Shown here: positions 37,606 through 47,972 of the stretch, piece by piece
Layout of the letters: every line of letters begins with the position of its first letter
Numbering within the stretch: position 1 is the stretch's first letter
Assembly: GCA_963668625.2 (NCBI GenBank)
Contig: CAXXKA010000008.1
Span: 416,001-480,000, forward strand
From: an uncultured candidate division Zixibacteria bacterium
GTDB taxonomy: Bacteria; Zixibacteria; MSB-5A5; UBA10806; 4484-95
Reading direction: 5' to 3'
DNA: 64,000 bases
Translations under genes and position numbers: made by a program
Notes under the pieces: generated by a model
What the model was told of the DNA's origin: nothing
Database searches by the model: none
The model's input: the letters and a program-made list of their open reading frames with translations, nothing else

Positions 37606-39807
37606 TTGAATAAAATACTTAAGTGGATTGTCAGACATATACTTCCTAAAGCGATATGGGTAGCTATTCCATATTTGGTGATCTATAATCCATTAATCTA
37701 TTACGCTTATCAATCGGAAATTATTAGCGGTAGTATCTTGCTGGTGATTTTATTGTTTATCCTGGATTTCTATTTATTCTATAGAAAAAGAATTACCGAT
37801 TTTAAATCTCATTTCGATCATTATAAACCAGTTAAAAAGCTACGGCCGGAGGATATTGGAATTCAAAAATACCCTTCATATATAGAAAGAGAAAGCGATG
37901 ATCAAGTTCTAGAGATGTTGAGAAGTAGAAATATAGCTTTTATAACTGGCATTCCAGGTATGGGAAAAAGCCGGGCTACATATGAAGCTGCTAAAACTAT
38001 GAATGGCTATTATGCTCTAATACCAGAAAAGGGAAGAAGGATCGAGCTAAATAAGATAAAGGAACCGCTATTATTTAGTAGAAAAAGGGTATTATTAGTA
38101 ATTGATGATTTAGATAAACATGCAGGTAATATTGATCTTGATAGTTTGATAAGCAGATTAAGGAGAAAGTGCAAAGAGCTTAAGGTCATAGTGAACTGCC
38201 GAAGCGGCCATGAATATGAACAAGCAGCAATAAAAGAAAAGCAATTTGAATACCTTCTAACAGATTGTGATAAGAATAAAACAGAACCAAGAAAGCTTAC
38301 TGATCAAGAAGAGAATCGATTAATTAAGGAAACGGGGGAAAATGCAGAAGATGTTCAAAGGGATGGTACTCCCGGAGCAATTGTTAATAAACTCAAGGGT
38401 ATGAAAAGCAGATATAACGAACTTGAAAACGAACCGAGATGGATATTACACATCTTAAAACTACTTCGTGAGAGCAATATATTCTCATGGGACGAGAAGT
38501 TAATTAGGAACATTGGGAAAAGTGATTTATTTAGTATGCAGGATAATAATTCGCTATGGAACCAATGGCTTAATATTCTAAAAACACAGGGCTTTATTGT
38601 ACGTAGTGATGGTGAAGTAGAAATATCCCATGATACTTATCTAAGTGAATATTTTATAGAGGATTATGAAGTAACTGCTAATAAAATACTTCAATTAAAG
38701 GATATATTTGTCAAGTCAAATGATGAAATTAATTTATTCTATTTGGCCAATGGATTTTATTATAAAGGAGATATTGAAACTGCTATAGGGATACTAAAAA
38801 AGGTTATCAATATTAATTCAAAAATGGCAGAGGCTCACTACAACCTCGGCGTTTTGCAAAATCAGTTAGAACGTAATGATGAAGCGGAGCACTCGTATAA
38901 AGAAGCCATCCGTTGCGATCCTAATAAGGTAGAGGCTCACTACAATCTCGGCGTTTTGCTAAATCAGTTAGAACGTCATGATGAAGCGGAACAGTCGTAT
39001 AAAGAAGCCATCCGTTGCGATCCTAATAAGGCAGAGGCTCACTACAACCTCGGCGTTTTGCAAAATCAGTTAGAACGTTATGATGAAGCGGAACACTCGT
39101 ATAAAGAAGCCATCCGTTGCGATCCTAATGATGCATCTGCTCACTACAACCTCGGCGTTTTGCTCGATGATTTAGAACGTTATGATGAAGCGGAACACTC
39201 GTATAAAGAAGCCATCCGTTTCGATCCTAATAAGGCAGAGGCTCACTACAACCTCGGCGTTTTGCTTGATGATTTAGAACGTTATGATGAAGCGGAACAC
39301 TCGTATAAAGAAGCCATCCGTTGCGATCCTAATAAGGCAGAGGTTCACTCCAACCTCGGCGTTTTGCTATATCAGTTAGAACGTTATGATGAAGCGGAAC
39401 ACTCGTATAAAGAAGCCATCCGTTTCGATCCTAATAAGGCAGAGGCTCACTACAACCTCGGCGTTTTGCTTGATGATTTAGAACGTTATGATGAAGCGGA
39501 ACACTCGTATAAAGAAGCCATCCGTTGCGATCCTAATGATGCAGAGGCTCACTCCAACCTCGGCGTTTTGCTTGATGATTTAGAACGTTATGATGAAGCG
39601 GAACACTCGTATAAAGAAGCCATCCGTTGCGATCCTAATAAGGCAGAGGCTCATGCGAATTTGGGAATATTATATACTAACCTGAAGAATATTAGAGCTG
39701 CCAAAGATAAGCTGTTAGAGGCCCGTCAGCTTTTTGCAAATCAGGGGCGGAATGAGGATGTTGAAAAGATAAATGATATCTTAAATAACCTGGATAACTT
39801 GGAGTAG
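37606..39807 (+). CDS. Membrane-anchored P-loop NTPase (STAND-like) with C-terminal TPR array
   Basis: Two N-terminal TM segments; Walker A GIPGMGKS, Walker B LLVIDDLD; about 10 TPRs. Confidence 0.85.
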   Translation: MNKILKWIVRHILPKAIWVAIPYLVIYNPLIYYAYQSEIISGSILLVILLFILDFYLFYRKRITDFKSHFDHYKPVKKLRPEDIGIQKYPSYIERESDDQVLEMLRSRNIAFITGIPGMGKSRATYEAAKTMNGYYALIPEKGRRIELNKIKEPLLFSRKRVLLVIDDLDKHAGNIDLDSLISRLRRKCKELKVIVNCRSGHEYEQAAIKEKQFEYLLTDCDKNKTEPRKLTDQEENRLIKETGENAEDVQRDGTPGAIVNKLKGMKSRYNELENEPRWILHILKLLRESNIFSWDEKLIRNIGKSDLFSMQDNNSLWNQWLNILKTQGFIVRSDGEVEISHDTYLSEYFIEDYEVTANKILQLKDIFVKSNDEINLFYLANGFYYKGDIETAIGILKKVININSKMAEAHYNLGVLQNQLERNDEAEHSYKEAIRCDPNKVEAHYNLGVLLNQLERHDEAEQSYKEAIRCDPNKAEAHYNLGVLQNQLERYDEAEHSYKEAIRCDPNDASAHYNLGVLLDDLERYDEAEHSYKEAIRFDPNKAEAHYNLGVLLDDLERYDEAEHSYKEAIRCDPNKAEVHSNLGVLLYQLERYDEAEHSYKEAIRFDPNKAEAHYNLGVLLDDLERYDEAEHSYKEAIRCDPNDAEAHSNLGVLLDDLERYDEAEHSYKEAIRCDPNKAEAHANLGILYTNLKNIRAAKDKLLEARQLFANQGRNEDVEKINDILNNLDNLE
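38827..39654 (+). repeat. Eight near-identical 102-bp tandem repeats encoding TPR motifs, plus a partial ninth
   Basis: Units start at 38827, 38929, 39031, 39133, 39235, 39337, 39439, 39541 (consensus GCAGAGGCTCACTACAACCTCGGCGTTTTG...). Confidence 0.95.
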
Positions 39808-39915
39808 TAGCATACGAATCCCCTCTCATAAACTTTGCCGTTGCCTCAAACCGTTTTTTCCGTATCTCAACATCATTGAAAAAACCATAGTAAAGCCGTA
39901 AGGATATATAACTAG

Positions 39916-40017
39916 AAAAGAAGTCAAGCCCCAAGTAGGCTTGACCTCATGATGAATGATATGTTTGTGGCCGACAGACGTCTTCGTCTGCCGTATATAG
40001 ATAAATGGAATAAGCTT
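39916..40017 (+). repeat. 102-bp direct repeat, copy 1
   Basis: About 11 mismatches (by eye) to 42290-42391; contains two hairpins. Confidence 0.9.
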
Positions 40018-40039
40018 CACTGAGCTGGAAGGAATCCTT

Positions 40040-40137
40040 TCCTTCCAGCTGAATTCATGCAGAATGTCGCCAGGAAAGGATAAACAAAGGACTTAGTCCG
40101 TCCAGCGACTCATGCAAATGACTTTTTCAATAACCCC
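40040..40137 (-). repeat. Repeat family B, partial copy
   Basis: Reverse complement GGGGTTATTGAAAAAGTC...AAGTCCTTTGTTTATCCTTTCCTGGCGACATTC.GCATGAATTCAG aligns to 58300-58390. Confidence 0.7.
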
Positions 40138-40404
40138 AACAGGTGAAAGAAACCAGCAACTAATTAGATAGCTGAATAACCGAAATGTTTTGACCGGCAG
40201 AATTTCTCGCCTGCTGTTTTGTGAATATGGGAGAATGAGTTAATATTGATGCCAAACCTCAAATAAAGTGAGATGGGAGAACATAGTTGTTATACTCATT
40301 TTAGAATTTGAAAGTAGATGATGGTAAAACCCAGAAGTATTCGGTTTCGGATAGCTTTCTCCGGGAATGCGGTAATAATAGTATAAAAGCTGAAAGGCCG
40401 GATG

Positions 40405-41355
40405 CTAGCACTGATGGCTGGTTGAAATATCGGTATTTTTGTTTTTCACCAGACTCTTTAAACCATCAGGAGATATACCCGCTCTGTATTTTGAAAAGCT
40501 TATTCCATTTAAGGTCGCCTGATAGTTTCTGGTTCTAAAATAATATTTAAAGAGAAATGGTATTATGCATAATAACGGAAAAAACCACTTTAGAGCATAA
40601 CTCCCTTTTTGAAGCCAAATATCTTTTCGACCACAATAGCAGCTAATATCGGGAAGTATAATATTACCGGATCGATCATAATACTTTGAAATTCTCTTTG
40701 CGTAATACTCTTTCGTATTACTCGCAGGTGTGAATTCACCGTTTATATAGTAAGGTATTACTAAGTCAATATTGTTTTGAATCGTTTCCAAATCAAATGG
40801 GATTACTATGCCAAAATCAGGATCAATTATATACCAGGAGAGGTCATCACTTAGTACGGTTACTACTATGTGTCCCTGAAGACAAACCAGTCTTGCTTCG
40901 ATATTAGATGATTTTAAGATATCTATCGCGGCCAGGCTATGTTGCGAGCAAAGCCCAAAGCCTCTTTCCAGAGCTTTTTTGTAATCTACAAGTTCATATC
41001 CCATGCCATCATTGGGAGGGAAAAGCAAATGTGCTATATACATTATATAATTTTCCCAGAGCGGTATGCGCCGTTGATAATAGTTATCTTCCGTATCATC
41101 GTTCCAATAATGCGCCATGCTGTTGAATACCAGTTTGCTAATTCGTTTAACATAATCTTCATTAGATTCCTGTTCGAGTTTAATACATTTACTGATTGCT
41201 CTTCCGTAGTCTATGATTATATCATTTTTGAAAAGACATTTATTATCGAAAAGTATGGAAGGATTTCTTAGTGATTTGAATTGTCCAAAGACACATATCA
41301 GTAATAAGAATGTCCCGAATATAGCAAGTATATTGATGCAATTATTTTTATTCAT
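40405..41355 (-). CDS. Membrane-anchored transglutaminase-like (Cys-His-Asp) protein
   Basis: GFGLCSQHS...ARLV.LQGHIVV...WYIIDPDFG triad pattern; hydrophobic N- and C-terminal segments; AT-rich. Confidence 0.7.
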   Translation of the reverse strand: MNKNNCINILAIFGTFLLLICVFGQFKSLRNPSILFDNKCLFKNDIIIDYGRAISKCIKLEQESNEDYVKRISKLVFNSMAHYWNDDTEDNYYQRRIPLWENYIMYIAHLLFPPNDGMGYELVDYKKALERGFGLCSQHSLAAIDILKSSNIEARLVCLQGHIVVTVLSDDLSWYIIDPDFGIVIPFDLETIQNNIDLVIPYYINGEFTPASNTKEYYAKRISKYYDRSGNIILPDISCYCGRKDIWLQKGSYALKWFFPLLCIIPFLFKYYFRTRNYQATLNGISFSKYRAGISPDGLKSLVKNKNTDISTSHQC

Positions 41356-42289
41356 TTTATTATATTTGGTTTTTGGTTTAGATCCCCAATCTTTTAACAC
41401 GAAATTACAGGCAACAATATAAACTTAAGGAAAAAAACGGTATCGAGACATGATCAGCGAGAGGTAGGCAATTCCAAATGGGCTCGAATAGTTTATCCCG
41501 ACAAACTGTTTCTTACTAGCCTGGTAATGTTTCTATAAGCATATTTTATTTTTAGCCGAGTATCATTCCCCCAATCGGTATCTCAGCCGGAAAGAAAACA
41601 CTTATTAACCAGTATCACGAAAAGAGCTATTTTCGTTTAAAAGAGCACAACCCAGAAATATTTATTTTTCAAGCCGATATCTTAACAGGAGTGCGCGATA
41701 GTTCTCAGTCAAATTTCTAATAATATTAATTTATCATCAGAGCTATTCTTGATTGTTTAAACAGTATTGCTATAATTGAAGCACGCAAAAATAATGCCAA
41801 TAGAGGGCGATATAGAATATAGCTTATAGTTGCTTATGTTGTACTGGATTGCATAGAGCAAGTTTATCGATTTACATTTATCAAAATATTAATCTGTTCA
41901 GAATCCAATCAGTATATGAAAGTAGCTGCAGTATAAATATAGCCAGTGTCCTACCGAAGATATTGTGAACCGGAAAGATGTACTCAAAGCGATAAAGCGC
42001 AATAGTAAATACTAATATTCATACGATTGTCGCTCGATACTATATATGAAATACCTCCAGGCCGCTAAAGAGCGATTACTATAAACACGATGACTTTTTG
42101 TAGACCAGGCAAACGCCGGTGGAGAAAATTAAATGGATCATTCCTTGAAAATTACAGAAAATCCTGACTAGATAGTATATTGCCCTGGTTAAATTTTGCC
42201 ATTGCCTAAAAATGTTTTATCAGTATCTTAACATCGTTATATAAAGTATAGTAAAGTCGTCAGTGTTGAATGACGAACGATAAAAGTAA

Positions 42290-42391
42290 AAAAGAAGTCA
42301 GGCCCCAAGTAGGCTTGACGCCATGATGAATGAAATGTTTGTGGCTGGCAGATGTCCTCGTCTGCCGCATATAGATAAACGGAATAAACTT
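42290..42391 (+). repeat. 102-bp direct repeat, copy 2, abutting the mnmE start
   Basis: Matches 39916-40017; ends 1 bp before ATG 42393. Confidence 0.9.
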
Positions 42392-42392
42392 A

Positions 42393-43754
42393 ATGTACAA
42401 CCCTCACGATACAATCTGCGCGATCGCTACTCCACCGGGAGAATCAGCGCTGGCAATAGTCCGTGTAAGCGGCAAGCTATCGCTTCCTATTGTGGAAAAG
42501 ATGTTGACATGTGGAAAACCTGTGGATCATAAAGCTACCTACAGCCATATAGTCAATCCCGGGGGCGAGATAATCGATGAGGTAATTGCCGTTTACTATA
42601 AGTCCCCCAACAGTTTCACTGGTGAGGACCTGGTAGAAATAACCTGCCATGGCGGCTATGTTGTTTCAAACCAGGTGTTAACATTGATGAGGGGACACGG
42701 GGCCAGGCTGGCCGAACCCGGCGAATTCACTGTCAGAGCCTTTCTAAACGGCCGAATCGATTTAACAGAGGCCGAAGCCGTGCAGTCTGTAATAAGCGCT
42801 CGTACTGAGAAATCAAAATCGCTGGCGCTGGGCAACCTTGAGGGCAGGTTAAGCGGGAAACTTAAAACTATAAGCGAATCGCTGATTGAGCTGATTACGA
42901 TCCTCGAGGCTGAGATAGATTTCGGGGATGAGGAGGTCTCAAAGCTTGAGACTGAGGAGACACTGGCTAAGATTGAAAATATATTAATCAATATTGAGGA
43001 TGTCATTTCCACATACGATATCGGCAGGGTGTCCGAGGGGCGAGCGCAGGTGGCTATTGTGGGCGCTCCAAATGTCGGAAAATCAAGTTTGTTTAACGCA
43101 ATTCTGAAAAACACCCGTGCTATAGTAACCGATACCCCTGGCACTACTCGTGACTATCTATCGGAATATGTCAATATAGATGGCTACCCTGTCATCCTGA
43201 CAGATACGGCTGGCATTCGCTCCTCCGAGGAGGAGATAGAGAGGATAGGAATATCTCGTTCGTTAGAGATGATAAACGACTCCGATTTATGCCTGTATAT
43301 GCTCGATTGCTCCAGGGATATTAACGAGGATGACAGGCGAATAAAGGCACAATTAGGAAAGAAGTCGACAATTGCAGTTATAAATAAAATTGATATAAGC
43401 GAAAATGCTAAAGTGCAAGAGTATGCACAGGTGGGTGTGGGAAACGTATTGCATATTTCTGCAAGAACCGGCAAAGGTATTAACTCGGTTCTTGAGCAAG
43501 TAAAAAGGCGGCTCATTAACGCTAAAACTGATATTTCAGGGGGCGTATTGTTGTCTCAGAGGCAACATAATTGCGCTTTAGAGGCTAAAAAGGCTCTTGA
43601 AAGCGCTAAAACAATAGTTTCAAGCGGTGAACCCGAGGAGATATATATCGGTGAGATTCGCGAGGCGCTCGATCAGATTGGGATTATAACAGGTAGAATA
43701 ACCAGCGAGGATATATTAAACCGTATTTTTTCCAGTTTTTGTATAGGTAAATGA
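42393..43754 (+). CDS. mnmE: tRNA modification GTPase MnmE
   Basis: DTICAIATPPG, SFTGED, AEPGEFT, GAPNVGKSS, GTTRD, DTAGIR, FCIGK. Confidence 0.98.
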   Translation: MYNPHDTICAIATPPGESALAIVRVSGKLSLPIVEKMLTCGKPVDHKATYSHIVNPGGEIIDEVIAVYYKSPNSFTGEDLVEITCHGGYVVSNQVLTLMRGHGARLAEPGEFTVRAFLNGRIDLTEAEAVQSVISARTEKSKSLALGNLEGRLSGKLKTISESLIELITILEAEIDFGDEEVSKLETEETLAKIENILINIEDVISTYDIGRVSEGRAQVAIVGAPNVGKSSLFNAILKNTRAIVTDTPGTTRDYLSEYVNIDGYPVILTDTAGIRSSEEEIERIGISRSLEMINDSDLCLYMLDCSRDINEDDRRIKAQLGKKSTIAVINKIDISENAKVQEYAQVGVGNVLHISARTGKGINSVLEQVKRRLINAKTDISGGVLLSQRQHNCALEAKKALESAKTIVSSGEPEEIYIGEIREALDQIGIITGRITSEDILNRIFSSFCIGK

Positions 43755-43878
43755 GTATAAAATACATCACAGCAAGTGTTAGATACACACTATAAATTTA
43801 TAAAAGTTATTGATATAACAACTTAGGAGGAAAGAGAGTGTGGGGCTATTGACAATAGCTTAGAAGTATTAAACATAC

Positions 43879-43907
43879 TTTTCCACATTATCAACATATT
43901 ATCCACA
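43879..43907 (+). promoter_or_regulatory. Three tandem DnaA boxes overlapping the mnmG start
   Basis: TTTTCCACA-TTATCAACA-TA-TTATCCACA, the last A being the A of ATG. Confidence 0.75.
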
Positions 43908-45715
43908 TGGAATACAAGCTGATAGTGGTTGGCGGCGGGCACGCCGGTGTAGAGGCTGCCCTGGCCAGCGCAAGAATGGGATATAAAACAGCCCTGGTCA
44001 CGTTAAAAGCAGATATGATTGCCCAGATGAGCTGCAATCCGGCTGTAGGCGGACTGGCCAAGGGGCAACTAACGCGTGAAATAGATGCTATAGGTGGTGA
44101 AATAGGTTACTGTACCGACATGACCGGGATACAATTTCGCATTCTAAACAGAAGTAAGGGGCCGGCTGTTTGGTCTCATAGAGCGCAGGTTGACCGGGTG
44201 GCTTACCGTAAGTTTATGATTGATACTCTGGAAAAGCAGTCCAACCTCGACATAATAGAAGATGAGGGAGTGGGGCTGATAATAGAAAAAAAGACCTGTG
44301 TAGGGGTTGTGTGTGTTTCACGTGAAACAATTTCCGCTGAGGCGGTAATTATAACCGCCGGTACTTTCTTGAATGGCTTGATTCATGTGGGGGAGAAACA
44401 GTTTCCCGCGGGACGAATAGGCGAGAATCCGTCAAAAGGTTTATCGGAGTTTCTGGTTGGTTGGGGTATCGAGATGGGCAGGCTGAAAACCGGTACGCCG
44501 CCTCGCCTGGATGGCAACACTGTCGATTTCGATAAATGCAAGGAACAGTTGGGGGATGAGCCGCCGCCGTATTTCTCGCATAGAACTAAACGGGGGCAGA
44601 TAAAACAGATTAAATGCCATCTCACATATACTAATGAGGAAACACATGAGATAATCCGGGCTAATATAAAGAGATCGGCCCTGTATAGCGGCAATATAAC
44701 GGGTGTTGGGCCCAGGTATTGCCCCTCAATAGAGGATAAGCTGGTTAGATTCTCGGACAAAACACGACATCAACTGTTTTTAGAGCCGGAGGGGCTAAAT
44801 ACTAATGAGTACTATCTTAATGGATTCTCATCCTCGCTACCGGAATCGATTCAGTATAAAGCCGCCAGGACAATAGAGGGGCTGGAAAATGTTGAGTTTA
44901 CCCAGCCCGCCTACGCTATAGAATATGATTTCTTCCCGCCTCATCAATTGAAACCGACAATGGAATCGAAAATCATCGAAAACCTGTATTTTGCCGGGCA
45001 GGTTAACGGTACCTCCGGTTATGAGGAGGCGGCAGCGCAGGGTTTGATGGCCGCTATTAACGCGGTTATGAAAATGCGAGGCGAAAAACCTTTAATATTC
45101 GATCGTTCTCAAGCCTATATAGGAGTGCTTTTGGATGATCTGGTAACTAAATCGACTAATGAGCCATACCGGATGTTTACCTCCCGGGCTGAATACCGCC
45201 TTTTCCTTCGCGAGGATAACGCTGAGGACAGGCTTTCGCATATTGGGCATAGAATAGGCTTACTAAGTGAAGAAAGCTGGCAGGAGATTAAAGCCGAACG
45301 GGAATCCCGTCAGAGATTATACGAATTATTCAGGAAAACAAGAATCCGCTTTGATGGTATCGAAAATCCGCTTTCGGTGGCGGAGGCGGCCAGGCGGCCG
45401 GAGATCGATTTCAAGAGGATATTCGATAAATTACCTGAGGATATAAATGAAACATATCCGGTAATAGAGAAAGTATTAATAGAAATTAAATATGAGGGCT
45501 ATTTAAAACGTCAGGAAAGACAACTTGCGCGATTTAAAAGCATGGAATCGATGTTAATTCCGGAATCTCTTGACTACAGAACCATAAAAGGCTTAAAATT
45601 AGAGGCAATTGAGAAATTAAACAAAATGAAACCATCAACTTTAGGCCAGGCCTCCAGGATATCGGGTGTATCGCCGGGGGATATCGCCGTATTGATGGTA
45701 AACCTGAAGAATTAA
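43907..45715 (+). CDS. mnmG: tRNA uridine 5-carboxymethylaminomethyl modification enzyme MnmG (GidA)
   Basis: [51 protein letters not shown]. Confidence 0.99.
   Translation: MEYKLIVVGGGHAGVEAALASARMGYKTALVTLKADMIAQMSCNPAVGGLAKGQLTREIDAIGGEIGYCTDMTGIQFRILNRSKGPAVWSHRAQVDRVAYRKFMIDTLEKQSNLDIIEDEGVGLIIEKKTCVGVVCVSRETISAEAVIITAGTFLNGLIHVGEKQFPAGRIGENPSKGLSEFLVGWGIEMGRLKTGTPPRLDGNTVDFDKCKEQLGDEPPPYFSHRTKRGQIKQIKCHLTYTNEETHEIIRANIKRSALYSGNITGVGPRYCPSIEDKLVRFSDKTRHQLFLEPEGLNTNEYYLNGFSSSLPESIQYKAARTIEGLENVEFTQPAYAIEYDFFPPHQLKPTMESKIIENLYFAGQVNGTSGYEEAAAQGLMAAINAVMKMRGEKPLIFDRSQAYIGVLLDDLVTKSTNEPYRMFTSRAEYRLFLREDNAEDRLSHIGHRIGLLSEESWQEIKAERESRQRLYELFRKTRIRFDGIENPLSVAEAARRPEIDFKRIFDKLPEDINETYPVIEKVLIEIKYEGYLKRQERQLARFKSMESMLIPESLDYRTIKGLKLEAIEKLNKMKPSTLGQASRISGVSPGDIAVLMVNLKN
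44314..44329. promoter_or_regulatory. parS site (within mnmG)
   Basis: Perfect TGTTTCACGTGAAACA. Confidence 0.9.
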
Positions 45716-45719
45716 CTAT

Positions 45720-46262
45720 ATGGATGACAGAACTACAATAATAAACTGGATGAAAGAGCATGAGATGAAATATTCCGAGGGGCAGATACGAGCCTTGTTG
45801 GAATATCTTGAGATGATTCGGGAATACTCTCCCACTATTAATCTCGTCTCGGCCGGCGATATGGAAATCATCGTTGAGCGTCATCTCTTGGATTCACTTC
45901 TAGCGCTGACAGTATATGATATAGCAACCGACTTGAAAGTAGCCGATGTTGGTAGTGGCGCTGGATTTCCTGGCATACCGATTGCCATTATGCGACCCGA
46001 TCTTCAGGTATACTTAATCGAGTCTCGCAGGAAGAAAAGCCTGTTTTTGTCCAGTGTTCTGAAAAACATAGGGCTGGCTAATGCCATCGTAATAAATGAT
46101 CGCTGGGAGAACTTAAGCCTTCTATTTGACCTGATATTAGCGCGGGCTATATTCCCGGAGGACAAGATAGTCGAGCAATTGCGTTCCGCGCTGGTACCTG
46201 GAGGGGCGATTCTATACTTTGCTAAGTATAATAATATCAAGGTATTGAAGCCGCGTATATAA
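45720..46262 (+). CDS. rsmG: 16S rRNA m7G527 methyltransferase RsmG (GidB)
   Basis: RHLLDSL, DVGSGAGFPGIP, LIESRRKK, ARA. Confidence 0.95.
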   Translation: MDDRTTIINWMKEHEMKYSEGQIRALLEYLEMIREYSPTINLVSAGDMEIIVERHLLDSLLALTVYDIATDLKVADVGSGAGFPGIPIAIMRPDLQVYLIESRRKKSLFLSSVLKNIGLANAIVINDRWENLSLLFDLILARAIFPEDKIVEQLRSALVPGGAILYFAKYNNIKVLKPRI

Positions 46263-46265
46263 AAA

Positions 46266-46281
46266 TGTTTCACGTGAAACA
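46266..46281. promoter_or_regulatory. parS site upstream of parA
   Basis: Perfect TGTTTCACGTGAAACA. Confidence 0.92.
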
Positions 46282-46365
46282 ATAATTTCTTGCTTTTTCT
46301 CACGATATATCATACAATCCTCCGCGCTTGAAATATTTTCGTGTAACTTATAGATAGGTGGCAAA

Positions 46366-47124
46366 ATGGCAAAAATAATAGCTATCGCCAATCAAAAAGG
46401 CGGGGTTGGTAAAACTACAACTGCTATTAACCTTAGTTCCTCGCTTGCGGTGGCTGAACAGCGTACTCTATTAATCGATATCGATCCTCAGGCTAATTCT
46501 ACCTCAGGATTGGGGTACGATAAGAGTTCTGTTAATAGTTCTATTTATGATGTTCTCTGTAATGGGGTTCCGATTCCTGAGGCTCAGATTAAAACAGATA
46601 TCGAATATCTAAGCCTGCTTCCCTCACATATTAACCTGGTAGGCGCCGAAATCGAACTTGTTGCCCAGTCCGACAGAGAGTTCATTCTCAAGAAAGCGAT
46701 CGGCGCAGTCTCCGAACTTTACGATTTCGTTATTGTAGACTGCCCTCCCTCCCTGGGGCTTCTGACACTAAACACCCTGACCGCCGCCAACAGCGTTATC
46801 ATCCCAATACAATGCGAATACTATGCGCTGGAGGGATTGGGCCAGTTGATGAACACTATAGGGCTGGTACAAAAACAGTTAAACCCGGAACTGGAGATTC
46901 ACGGCATTTTGTTAACTATGTATGATGGCCGCCTCAATCTTTCACGACAGGTTGAACAAGAGGCCAGAAAGTATTTCTCCGATAAAGTGTACGAGACAGT
47001 AATAACCAGGAATGTCAGACTGTCCGAGGCGCCAAGTTTCGGTAAGCCTATTATATTGTATGATGTTGATAGTACGGGGGCGAAAAATTACCTCCGTTTT
47101 GCCGAGGAGGTATTAGCCAAATGA
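46366..47124 (+). CDS. parA: Chromosome partitioning ATPase ParA/Soj
   Basis: NQKGGVGKTTT, DIDPQAN, DCPPSLG, QCEYYALEG, RLSEAPSFG. Confidence 0.97.
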   Translation: MAKIIAIANQKGGVGKTTTAINLSSSLAVAEQRTLLIDIDPQANSTSGLGYDKSSVNSSIYDVLCNGVPIPEAQIKTDIEYLSLLPSHINLVGAEIELVAQSDREFILKKAIGAVSELYDFVIVDCPPSLGLLTLNTLTAANSVIIPIQCEYYALEGLGQLMNTIGLVQKQLNPELEIHGILLTMYDGRLNLSRQVEQEARKYFSDKVYETVITRNVRLSEAPSFGKPIILYDVDSTGAKNYLRFAEEVLAK

Positions 47125-47972
47125 AAAGAGTCGCACTGGGCAAAGGTCTTGATGCGTTGATACCATCAGTGCAGGCCAACGATAAACGAGAGATAATTGA
47201 ATTAGAGTTATCGAAAATTAAAACGAATCCAAATCAGCCACGTAAGACATTTGACCCCGAGAAAATTTCAGAATTGGCGCAATCAATTGCTGAGAAAGGT
47301 CTTATACAGCCTATCGTCGTTCGCAAAAATGAGGATGGTTACGAGCTTATAGTGGGAGAGAGGCGTTTTCGGGCCGTTACATTTCTTGAATTAGATAAAA
47401 TCCCCGCAATTATATACCAACAGATCTCCAAACGCGATGTTATGGAGCTGGCATTAATCGAGAATATACAAAGAGAGAATTTAAACCCGATTGAGGAGGC
47501 CGAGGCCTATCGGGTGCTCCTTCAGGAATATGGGGTATCGCAAGAGGATCTGGCCTCGAAGGTTGGCAAGGATCGTTCGAGTGTCGCGAATTCTTTACGT
47601 TTATTGACATTGCCAGATAAGGTCAGACAGTATGTTGTTGAAAAAAAGTTATCTGCAGGAGCTGCCAGAGTAATTTTAGCTGTTCCGGGAGAGAAAGAAA
47701 AAATAGAACTTGCCGAAAGAGCTATTAGGGAGAGGTTCTCGGTTAGAGAGCTGGAGAAGATAGTTTACGGTGAGGGCAAGAAAAAGATAAGCCGTCGAGC
47801 GGTCGTAAAATCGCCTCACCTGATGTCAATCGAGGATGAGTTGAAGAAGAGGCTTCAGACTAAAGTCGCTATTACGCCAAAGAAAAAAGGCGGCAGGATA
47901 GTGATTGATTATTTCGATAACGATGGTTTAACTAGAATAATCGAAAAACTAAATTTATTAGATCGGGTATAG
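47121..47972 (+). CDS. parB: Chromosome partitioning protein ParB/Spo0J
   Basis: LGKGLDALI, QPRKTF, GERRFRA, ENIQRENLNPIEEA, HTH. Confidence 0.97.
   Translation: MKRVALGKGLDALIPSVQANDKREIIELELSKIKTNPNQPRKTFDPEKISELAQSIAEKGLIQPIVVRKNEDGYELIVGERRFRAVTFLELDKIPAIIYQQISKRDVMELALIENIQRENLNPIEEAEAYRVLLQEYGVSQEDLASKVGKDRSSVANSLRLLTLPDKVRQYVVEKKLSAGAARVILAVPGEKEKIELAERAIRERFSVRELEKIVYGEGKKKISRRAVVKSPHLMSIEDELKKRLQTKVAITPKKKGGRIVIDYFDNDGLTRIIEKLNLLDRV

Noticed and set aside
38827-39654. CRISPR array
   Set aside because: Contiguous 102-bp in-frame coding repeats with no unique spacers and no cas genes
41400-42280. Possible decayed gene(s) in AT-rich DNA
   Set aside because: No ORF of 60 aa or more and no recognisable motif in manual translation
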